From Moniliella sp. 'wahieum' (lineage: Eukaryota), in contig RSEE01000127.1 in assembly GCA_003971905.1 (NCBI GenBank), positions 124,001-171,042 on the forward strand: a stretch of DNA of 47,042 nt, in the 5' to 3' direction. The notes beneath the pieces are model-generated. The model was not told where the DNA came from. It saw only the letters and a list, made by a program, of their open reading frames with translations, and did no database searches. Numbering within the stretch: the first letter of the stretch is position 1; each line of letters opens with the position of its first letter. A program made the position numbers and the translations under genes. Below are positions 26,650 to 36,873 of this stretch, piece by piece.

Positions 26650-27319
26650 TTACACCAACAGCAGAGCAATGGTCGAGAGAGCGGTGGCGCCCAAGACAGC
26701 ATACCCAGTCTTGTACACACCCGGATGGTCAGGGCGCGGCCCGTGTCCAGAGCAGGGGGAGGCCGTTAAAAAGAGTGGAAGTGACGACTGCCGCAAGGGG
26801 GGCTTTAAAACGTCTTGAACCAGAACGGCAGCGAGCCGGCAATCGCAACCACTTCACGGGCGAAACGTATTCTTGCACACCAAAAAGGGGAGAGAAGCCG
26901 TAGACGATCGAGTAGGCGTACAGAAACTGAGCATGGAGCGGTTAGTATGAGAGCCAGACACAATGGCCAAAGAGCAGAGAACACAGGAGGGAGGCAGGAC
27001 GTACTGCCGACTGTCGCGCAGCCCGTGGCGCGGTGCATACCCGACAGGAGCCAGGTCAGCTGGGGCTGGTAGATGTCGAGATGGGGCGAAGTAGGACGGC
27101 GGTTGCGTTGGCCATCGAGCTGCTGCAGCTCCTGGGCTTCGGACAGCTCCTGGATCGCGATGGGCTTCTTGGCTGGCGCTTGGGTGGAGAGGCTGCGGGC
27201 CCCGGCGGCGCGAGTGCGAGCGGGCGCACGGCCGCCACTCGGGCCCCGGCACCAGCCCCGACAAGCGCGCGGCGGGCCAGCAGCGAGTGCGACAGACCAA
27301 TCGTCCGGATCGAGTTCAT
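26650..27319 (-). CDS. SDH3: Succinate dehydrogenase cytochrome b560 subunit (complex II SdhC)
   Basis: Arg/Ala-rich presequence [18 protein letters not shown], then [30 protein letters not shown]. Intron 26927-27004. Downstream [22 protein letters not shown] reads across frameshifts. Stop TAA at 26650-26652. Confidence 0.93.
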
Positions 27320-30249
27320 CCTGGGCGGCGCTGGAACGGAGGTGGGCGGGGAAGACTGCGCAGCCAGCGCCTCCAGCCTCCAGCCGGCCACCGCCAGCGC
27401 CAACCCCAACCCCAACCCAGCCCGGCCGGCCCCGCCTGACTAGCGACTCGTGACGCGTGACTGGACGGCGGTGGTGGACACTCCCGGCGGCGGGAGCCGG
27501 AAATACCGGCGGGCACACAGGCGCTGCGCCAGGGACTCGCCTTCCCTCGTGGGCGGCTGCCGGGAGGCAGTGTCCCATTTCTAATTCTTCCCTGGGCTGC
27601 CGTGCCAGTTGTTCAAATTGCCCGCGTCCTGGCTGCCCCCTGCGAGGCCCATATTGGAGGAAAGCTAGGGCCGATTAATGACCGATGATCGAGATGATCG
27701 TTAAACTTCAACGTTCAAGTTCAACGTTCAACGCTCGAGCGCTGAGTCAGTACTGAGTACACTGAGTACTGAGTGCGCTGAGCGCATATGAGCCGCTTAC
27801 AAGTCGTGCTTCGCTATCGACTGCCCGTCTTCTTCCGACCTTGACAGAAGGACACTCCACAACCCAAAAGACCTAGTAAGACTAGGGGAGCACATGCCAT
27901 ACAGAACCCATACTACAACACAAGCACCGACCCCATCACCACCTGCAGCGCCCACTTTCGTCACTCCCGTGTATCCTCCACTGCGGCAATATGTCAACCG
28001 CCCACCGTCCAGGCCCAAACGGCCCTTTTGAGAAAATGCCGCATTAGAGCAAGAGTACTGGCTGCTGGTTTCACTTCCACCAACAGGATCAGGTGCGCAT
28101 CTTGCGAACACCAAACTTGGGAGGGATGCCACTCTTGCGCAGCTCGCTGTTCTCAGCTGCGAACTCGTTTTGACAGTTCAGGCTTTGCCTGTGCCACTGC
28201 TCCGAGAGCGGGCCGTATCCGTCGCACGGCCCTCGGCCCTCGGTCCGAGCATCAATATCGAAAAGGCACGCTCTGTCGGGTCCACCACATAACGTGTTGA
28301 CATTCACCGTCTCCCAGCTTATGTAGCCCTTCTGACGAAATGGCCGTCCCCGTCGCAGGATCATCGTAATCCGTACCGCTGCCGCCCCTCGTTCTTGAGC
28401 GACTGTGGACCTCTTCACCAAGTTCTTGGCCGAGTCAAAAGCAATGCGTGGCCACAAACTATCTGACCCGTCAGGCCAAGCATCAACACTCACACGAGTT
28501 GGATAGATGCACCTTGACGGCCAATAAGTTGAACCGTATCCCAGGCATCTTGGACTCCGCAAAGCGCGAAACAGGCCTGATAACTATTTGCTTACTAGAG
28601 AGAGTAGCAGTCTTGTATCCGATCTGGAGGACCACACTGCGCTCTTCCGAAGGCAAATGTTATCGCCGGACGGGAACAGCCATAAACTCTTCAACAGGCT
28701 CGACCCATGACGCGATTACACATCACGATAAAGTAGGCAAAATGCAAAACGTCCTCCGCTGAAAGAGCATGCCGGCAGTGACACAATCCCAGAAGGCAGA
28801 GATGAAAGGATCGACAAACATATAGAAATGGGTGGTTGTCTAGCTGGCTGCACGATTGCAGAAGGGAGGCTTGCCGAGTCGTGTAATAAGAGGCAAACCG
28901 TTTTTCTGAGCTCAACGGAGCGAATGACCGAGAATCTATTGAACAAGGACACGTCCACACCCAGAGCTGCTTTTGGCTTGCATGTAGAGAAAATAGGACG
29001 AAGAGATCGATGTACCTTCTCTTCGTAGCTCAAATTCTCCACCCCTTCGCGCGCCACCTTCCTCAAAGGATAACTCCAAGGAACCAGGACTTCTGCAAGC
29101 CAGCTTCAGTGTCCTTGCTATTGGCCTTTTCTCTCCGCACAGATCTTATAGCTATCTTGAACTAGCCAGCCTTATAGGTCTTAGCGCTCATTTCGCTCAT
29201 ACCAATGTACATTCATATTGTCTTCCGTGTCTTTTCAAGTTTTGGACCCACCTCTCCCCCGTTTCCTCTCGTCCGCTGGATCTACCAGTCTCATCTTCCC
29301 CCATCCAGTGAGGAGAGTTCTGGTAGCGACGACCGGATGAAAACGAAGATTTCCTTTCAGATTGAGCTGTTTTGACGCGTTAACGTGTAACAAGACGAGC
29401 GTAGTCGTCAGAAACGGCAACGGCGATAATGCATGTTGGGCGTGTCGTTGTATAACGGGCATAGTTTTGTGCACCATTGTACACCTATGCTGTTATGAAG
29501 GGGAGAGAGATGATAGCTTCCCTGAACAGAACCTCTGCGACGCTGCAGCTGCACCAGACCACTACCCTGTCCGCGCGTCTGCGCTTTCCTTTGGGATCCT
29601 GTGGCCGGTTTCCCCTGTTTCGGTCTTCTCTCCACGACCCACTGTCACCGAATGACTAAGCTCGCTCCAATTTCCAATTCCGCATCCTGTGTCTCTCGCT
29701 CTTCCCTTCCCTTTGCTTCTGTTCTCTGCCTGATGCCTTCTGTTTCCTCCCGCGAACGATCTTGCCTTTCCCCCCCTCTGACAGGACCTTGGTCTCCCTC
29801 GTTTAGCCCCGACTGTTACACCCACCCGCCTTTTCTCGATACTTTTTGGTTTGACATGTACGACGTTTAACGTTCCACACGTTCAGCTGTGCATGTGACC
29901 GCGCGACCGATCACGTTGGCCACGTTGACTACACGTTCAGAACGTTCAACGTTCAACGGTGGTTCACACCTCCGTACTCAATATTAGCGCTCAGCCGCTC
30001 AGCAGACTAGCTGACTCCTCTGAGATCTGACTAGTGGCCGGTGACCAGTAGCTCTTTCAAGGGGCCATCGATATTCGATGGCGGCCACAGATGTCATGCG
30101 GCCATCGAAGCGTCATGCGCGTCATGCACCATACATCATGCACCACATGCATCTTCGCCCAACACACCAGCTCAATTTGACATGTGACGTGCACGTGACA
30201 TGTGACATGAAGGGCAGGACAGGGCCCAGCAGGGCCCAGCCCGGCTCGC

Positions 30250-30311
30250 CCTGAGGCCTGAGGCCCTGAGGGCCTGAGGCCCTGAGGGCCTGAGGCCCTG
30301 AGGGCCTGAGG
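30250..30311. repeat. Tandem array of eight CCTGAGG palindromic units
   Basis: CCTGAGG at 30250, 30257, 30265, 30273, 30281, 30289, 30297 and 30305, separated by 0-1 bp spacers. Confidence 0.9.
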
Positions 30312-30695
30312 CGGCCAGACTTGGCCCTGCGTAGCCTGCTTAGCTGCCTCAGCACATTCGTGGCTCAGTACCTCAGGGCCTCAGTACTCGGTGCGCTCAG
30401 TGCACTGAACTCAGTCTGAGGACTCGTGAGTGCTGTTCGGTGAATACGGAGGGAGGACGGAGGACTGGGCGGATGACTAGGACTCTGGATGAGTTGGACA
30501 GCCCACTCAGCGTGTGGTTGCCAGATCCGGATGGATGGCTGACTGGCTTTGGCTGGCTCGACTGTTGGGGCTGGAGCTGGTGCAGCCGGTAGAGCGCACA
30601 AACGGGCGGAGCGTGGCGGAGCAGTCCAGCAACGGAAGTACGCCGAGTACTGCACTGTTACGTAGCGCGGGTGACGTCACTTTGGGCGTAGGGAG

Positions 30696-30752
30696 GGGCA
30701 GGGCAGGACAGGGCAGGACAGGGCAGGACAGGGCAGAACAGGGCAGGACAGG
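30696..30752. repeat. (GGGCAGGACA)n degenerate microsatellite
   Basis: About five GGGCAGGACA/GGGCAGAACA units in tandem. Confidence 0.85.
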
Positions 30753-31362
30753 CGACAGCCCAGGGCTCTTGGCCGATGGTCGATGGGGGGCAGATCGCAC
30801 AATGCCCACCGTTTCCGGCCTGCAGATCTTGATCGCGGCGGAGCCAACGAGCAGCGGCTGGGGCCGAGACTGGGCGGTGCGGGCCGCGGGTACCAGCCTG
30901 CACCAGCCAGCAGCAGTCATTAATCATGGATCTTTTAACTTTTTCACCGATCGTGTCGGAGGGAGGCAGTGCCTAGTGCCTCGCAGTGCCTCTGGTAGTG
31001 TCGGAGGCCGCAACGGCCTCAGCGCCTCAGCGCCGCTAAGTACGCTAAGTACCTCTGCACCCTGGCGGCCAGGACGCTTCCAGCGCTGCACTAGGCCCCA
31101 CAGGACCCCACGCAGTACTGCGTACGTACGCGGGGGACGCAGCACGCATGCGATGTCCAACACGTTTTTCTGCGACACGTCGGCAGGTACACTGCCCGGC
31201 TGCGGGGCCATCCCCACCTGGTGAGACAGCCCAGCCCCCCGTCCATGCCCGATGGACACGCGCTGCGCCAGTCGGCGCCGCTGCCCGCAGCACCAGCACC
31301 CCCTGCAGCACTCCGCCCGGCGGGGGGATGGGCCAGAGTATCAAATGGGATGCAATAGGACG

Positions 31363-31484
31363 CAGTAGCAGGCAGTAGCAGGCAGTAGCAGGCAGGCAGG
31401 CAGTAGCAGGCAGTAGCAGGCAGTAGCAGGCAGTAGCAGGCAGTAGCAGGCAGTAGCAGGCAGTAGCAGGCAGTAGCAGGCAGT
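31363..31484. repeat. 10-bp minisatellite (CAGTAGCAGG)x11
   Basis: Three exact copies at 31363-31392, a CAGGCAGG interruption, then eight exact copies at 31401-31480. Confidence 0.95.
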
Positions 31485-31569
31485 GGCTCCACGCGTCCCC
31501 ACCTATCATAAACACCCTGTCTGACCATCCACACTCGGCCCTGCGAGGCGCTGCCAGTGCCTGAGGGCG

Positions 31570-34349
31570 ATGGGTCGGCTGCAGCGCGTCTGCATCGAGC
31601 AGCCCTCTTCAACGGCAGGGCTCAACGTTCACGCCGGCCGCTCCATATTCCAGGCCCCCTGCCCCTTCCTCCCCGCCCCACCACTTCCCCCCCCTTCCTC
31701 TTCCCCTTGCCCGCCACCACCACTTCCCCCCCCCTCCATGCCGCCGCAGCATCGCTCCCCCCCGATGCGACCGCCGTGCCCAACGCCCCCCCCGGCCCCC
31801 TCACCTCCCGCCCTCCCCCCCCTCCATCTGAGCCTCCTCGGCCTCGCCGCCGCCCGCTCCCTCCCGCCCGAGCCCTGCCTACTCGCCCCCCCGTCTCCTC
31901 TGCTCGCGCCACCAGTCCCTCCACTGCGCCGCCCCCACCAGCGTCCTCCAGCACCTCGCTCGCCAGGTCGCCTCCGCGCCTCCACCCGCGCCGCCCGAAT
32001 GCAGCCGCCATCCTCCTCGCCCGCCTCGCCTGCCTGTATGGGGAGGGCGCTCGAGAACCCCGTCACACTCCCCTGTGGCCATTCCGCCTGTGCCACCTGC
32101 CTCGTCCCGCCGACCAACCGCTTTGCCCTTGATCCTTCCCCCCGCGGCCAGCCCCGCCGCCACCCTCTCTTGCGGCCCTCGCTTCCCTCCCACCGCCTCC
32201 CAACATCTTTGCCCCTCTCCCCGTTCGCCCCAACCGTGGCCCCCTTCGTCTCTCTGACGATACAGGCAGCGGTGGATATTGCTCTTCTTCGTCTCTCACC
32301 GCCACCGGTTCCACCAGCAGCTCGGGCCAAAGCAGTTTTTCTCCCCCCTGCCGCGTCCTCGGCCCTGCACCAGCTCTCTGTTACAGCCTGACGTTGAGGT
32401 CGGATCCCACTCAGAACCACAAGCAACCGTTGCTGCTACCGCCCCAACCTCCTCCAACCCCCACCTCAACCCTGAGCCCAAGCCCAAGCTCACGTCCAAG
32501 TCCAACTTCAAGCCCAGATCCAAACCCTCGCTTTCTCTCCTGACCGCACGGTCGCCCAGCAAAGCGGCAAGCGCCCTCAGTCGTCTTTTCCGGCGCGCGC
32601 CGCCGCAGTTCCACCGTTTCCTCCACTTCGCAACCTAGGCCACGCGTCTTGACCCGCCCCGTCTACCGCGTCCGCAAAGCCTCTCACCATGTCCGTCGTG
32701 GTTGGTTGCACATACTGTTCCACTCTCCTCCACGACCGTTGCCTGCCCCGTGGATGCGTGCCCGCGTTCAGTCTTGGGACAAGGCGTAGGCTTGGGCTGG
32801 CCGTTCCATTCGCTACACACTCCCCTCCCTTTCCTCCTCCTCCCGGAGTCTCCCCGTAAAAGTGGAAGAAGACAGGTTGGGCTGGGGAGTGCCTCCTTCC
32901 CTTGACCATGCCGCGATGCCGCGATCACCGCGACAGTCCAAAAACCCCATCAACTCAGGATTTTGGCTGGGCCACCCCGAATCGGCAAGCAGCCTGCACC
33001 TGGTCGAACCCCATCGGCGTAGCCGCCGCCGTGCGTGCCACCATTCGAACCCTGGGGGCTGCGCTTCCTCTATCCTGCCCCTGTCCCATTCTACCCTTGG
33101 TCGCGCTTTGACATCCGGTACCATCGCAGCATCCGGACCGTTCCCCCGACAGGCGTGGCAGATGGGGTGGCGGACGATTGGAATCCGGCGTCTGCACCCC
33201 CCCTCTTCACCGAGGGGGCCGTCCCTCCCCGCCTTGGTTCCACGCGAGCTCCGGTCTGCCTGCTGCACTCTCCTTCCCACGCCTGCTCCCGACTCCTCGG
33301 CCTCGTCCAACTCCGAGAGCACGTCTGCCTCCCAAGAGAGGGTGGCTTGCCCTGGTTGCGCAAGCCTCTCTCCGTCCCAGCCCACTCGCTTCCTGAGCCA
33401 AGACAGATCGCTCGGCAGGCCTTTAATGTCGACACAATTCTGGCTCAGCTGATTAGGTTGTTTGCAAGCTTCATCACAGGGCACCGCCGTCTGTGGCGGC
33501 ACGCCCTTCTCCTCTCAGTCCCCAGGACAGTGACGTATGTGCCTCCCGTACCGGGTCAGGACTGGCGACAGCAAGGAGGGCGAACCGAGTCCCAAGCGCA
33601 TTCGTCTCTTGCTTCTGCCTCGGCTTCTTATTCTGCTTCGACTCCCCGGCTCGGGCTTTGACCAAATCAGCGACCCGCTGCCCCTGGGGTGCTAGGCGGA
33701 GAAGGCACCAGTCTTTCCGGCCTGCGCTCATCGCTTCTTACCCTGCTCATTTGCCCTCTTCGCGGCCACCTGCTCGCCCCCCTGTCTTCCCTGCGGCCAC
33801 ACTTTTTGCCGTGATTGTCTGACAGGCCACCACACCTGTCCATCTGCGCGCCCGCCCCCTTCCGGCACAGGAGTGGATCCGTTCGCATGAGCCCACCCAA
33901 GCGCTTGAACGGTGCTAATTGGCCAACTTTGAGGTCCCGTTGTTGGAGCAGCGGGCTGAGACGGGGTACGGACCAGGGGAAACGTCGAGCAAGACCCGCG
34001 CCCATTCGTGAGTCGTAACGGAGACACTTCTCTACCTGGCCAAGCTGTTCCAGCCGCGGTGCCGGTCCCCGCGTCGCGTCCCCACCTGTTGCGGAACGAT
34101 TCGGACCCGTTGCGCCTGGATGGGTCGGCCGTGCCGCACCGGCGACAGCGCAGCCACACGCTCACGTTGGGTTGGGTACGACGCGGGTGTGACCGGACGG
34201 CACTGACGCCGGCTGCGCAAGCGGCTATCTTGGATGCCGCTGGTGGCCAGGGCACGGTGGGCGCCCAGCTGCTCGCTGGATCCTTCCGTACCCATCCTTC
34301 TTTTTCCCTCGCGGCCGAGTACGAACAGAGGCTCGCCTCGTCGTCGTGA
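31570..34349 (+). CDS. RING-finger E3 ubiquitin ligase-like protein with multiple RING modules (LONRF-like N-terminus)
   Basis: LENPVTLPCGHSACATC (~32050-32100), ACPVDACP, a second Cys cluster ending VACPGC..RKPL...FNVDTILAQLI (~33240-33460), and LPCGHTFCRDCL..HHTCP (~33785-33850). Pro-rich linkers and many frameshifts. The 3' end is uncertain. Confidence 0.7.
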
Positions 34350-35656
34350 CGCGTAGCGGTGCCCTTGTCGTTCTTGTCCGCCAGCATTTACTGTTCGGTT
34401 TGTAGAATTGGGTGTTGGGGTCGATCGTCTCCTCTGTACACCACAATTGATGCTGAATTGTTTCGGAGGGAAGCATAGGGTGCCCTCTCTTGTTTTGCTT
34501 TTGCTCGTGTTCCTTCCTCTTTACGATACCAATCTTCCATCTTGCTTTTTGTCCTTGCTTCCCATCGGTTTGATCATAGAGCAGAACGTGACCCACTAAA
34601 TGCAGGATATCCCCCCTCATGTCCTTCGCAAACATATACTGTGCATTGCTTTTGTGCCCAGGCCAGGGTGGGGAAGCCTAACTCCTACTGTTGTCCGGCA
34701 GCTTATCAACTACAGCAATGTCGGCTCCTGCGCACTTCATCCCTTCACCTTAAGGGATGGCCCATGGATTCCATCTCTTAGTCGTGCCGCTGCGCCCGCG
34801 CGAATCAAGCCGACCCGCTCCCTTCAGTTCTTTTGGAAAATCGAGCCACCACAGGCTCAGTGTCCGAGAGGAACTGGGGCCTTTCCCACCACAGTTCCCT
34901 CAATAAGTTCCTGACAGTCACGAGAAAGCATGCTCGGCTCTGATGTAGCCCAGCGTAAAGTCGCCCGCCCCATACATCTTCCCGTAGGGAGAGACATGCC
35001 GCCTCCTGCCACCCTGAGTGGCAGGGCTATAGCCACAACCCTGTTTTGGTTAACATGGGGGACTTCTCCTAGCCCATTCCCCTTCGATGGGGGTACACCG
35101 CTCAGGTTGGTCGCATTCACTCAGAGGAGGATGTACATGGGCGTGCGCCCTCACGCAAGGTTTCCTCACTTGGCACCGTGTAGTTCGGGAGCAGGCGCCA
35201 GGCTCCACAGACCTTGACATCCATTTGTAGAAAGAAGACCTTCCGGGGATCAGGACAACTTTTGAACGCACCTGGCGTGCATTGATGACGGACTCACGAG
35301 CACGCGGTGTGGTCTTGGACATTTCTCTGCCCTGCCGTTCCTTCCCCCCTCCCTTGCGGTTAGGGGGATTACCTCATCCGCATTTCGGTCGGGATCTGAT
35401 TGTGGGTACTCATCCTCAAGTTCATCTATACTATTCTAGGTAAAATCGTTGATCGTGTCACTTACCTATACTCGATGCACCAGGGGAGACTGGTCGTTTA
35501 TCTTCTCCGGTGGGTCTTTTCGTGTCGGGGTTAGCAGCCCGTAGCAATCTGATTTTGGCCAACAAAAGTGTCATCCCCTGAAAGGAGAACCCCGTGGCAT
35601 TTGCACACTTTGTTTAAAAAAACCGGGAGGACGGGCAAGGAGCACAGTAGAGGAAG

Positions 35657-36583
35657 TTACTCATCCACTGGAAACGGCGGCAAGCCCCACTCTTCCGGTC
35701 GGAAGTCCAACATGGACGTCAGCGTCTGATGCGGCGCATCCGGGTCCTCTTCAGGCGGCCCAGGAAGCTGGTTGCCATGCGCGGCCAGCAAATTCGCATC
35801 CGGTACCCAGACGACCCGCATTCCAGCTCTCCGGCCTGCTGTCACACCCGGTCGTCCATCTTCAAAGACAAGGACGTGCTCTTCGCCCCCGCGCAAAGGA
35901 TCCTCATCGTGGGCAGAACCCGGCTGTTTGATTTTGGATGGCCAATCGTTCGCGTGGTCCTCCAAGCCTTCACGTGCGGCAACGAGGAAAATGTCCGGAT
36001 TGGGTTTGCCCCGTTCAACACGCGGATCGTCCCCTACGACGATGCGCGAACCAAACAGGCAAACAACGCTGGATTGGCCGCTGCCTTGACGTCAAACCGA
36101 ACCCGCCCTTTGCTTCCGGTTGCTACAGCGATGGGAATGTGATGGTCATGCAGTGCTGGACCAAGCGGACCACACCAGGCAAGGGCCGTACGCGCGGAAC
36201 GCAGCCAGGATGGCTTCGTTGCGTTGGGTCAAAACTCGGCCAAGGTAAAGGGACAATCAGCTTGGTTGAACGGCTCGTCCACGCCATCCCGGGGCGGCCA
36301 GAGAGCAGCAAGCAGGATGGTGGAGGACACATGGTCCGGGCGGCCCATCATCTTGGCTTTAATGGCCCATGTCTGTTCCTTGCCATACGGACGAGCAGAT
36401 CGTTGACCACTTCCGTGTACACATCCTCCGAGTCGAGTAGCAGCCCATCCATCTGGGCCCCATTCGCATGTCCACAAACCAGCGTCAGTCCCAGTCCCAC
36501 GCACACATACACCAGCACGCCCCAGCTACGCACATCAAACAGGCACGCCTTGATCGTGCCCCGGCGGGCGTAGAAGACGCCAT
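35657..36583 (-). CDS. HAD-superfamily phosphatase, HDHD1/pseudouridine-5'-phosphatase-like
   Basis: IKACLFD|MDGLLLDSEDVYT (DxD motif I split by intron 36453-36533), IKAKMMGRP, IPIAVATGS (motif II), KPNPDIFLVAA (motif III), VLVFEDGRPGVTAGRRAGMRVVWVPD (motif IV), and the C-terminal DFRPEEWGLPPF typical of this family. Confidence 0.92.
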
Positions 36584-36873
36584 GCTTGACAGTGCGAGGT
36601 GGTGGTCGTGTCTAGCAGCTCGCCCGAGCAGCCGAAGCCTCTTCCGGTGCTCGGAGTAGCCATCGAGCCATCGAGTCATCGACTCATCCCGCCGGCCACT
36701 GTTTGGAAACTTAGTCATCGATCACGCATCCTCATCGCTCGCACTGCCTCAGGCCATTGGGCCCCACCGTGAACATTTCATCATTCCTAGCTGGCCATGC
36801 CACATGTCACCTGCCTCCTCTCGGTGTCCCTGGGTAAACCAACCGGCACCACCACCACACCACCACCACCGCC

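Noticed and set aside
31363..31484. Regular repeat array as a possible CRISPR
   Set aside because: The units are 10 bp and head-to-tail with no unique spacers, there are no cas genes, and the context is eukaryotic.
31557..32426. Long Gly/Arg-rich antisense and alternate-frame ORFs (also at 12065-12995, 16156-16957 and 19028-19654)
   Set aside because: These are shadow ORFs expected from very high GC opposite real Pro-rich coding sequence.
34600..34914. F-box-like start QDIPPHVLRKHIL
   Set aside because: The resemblance is too short and nothing downstream supports it, so it is left uncalled.
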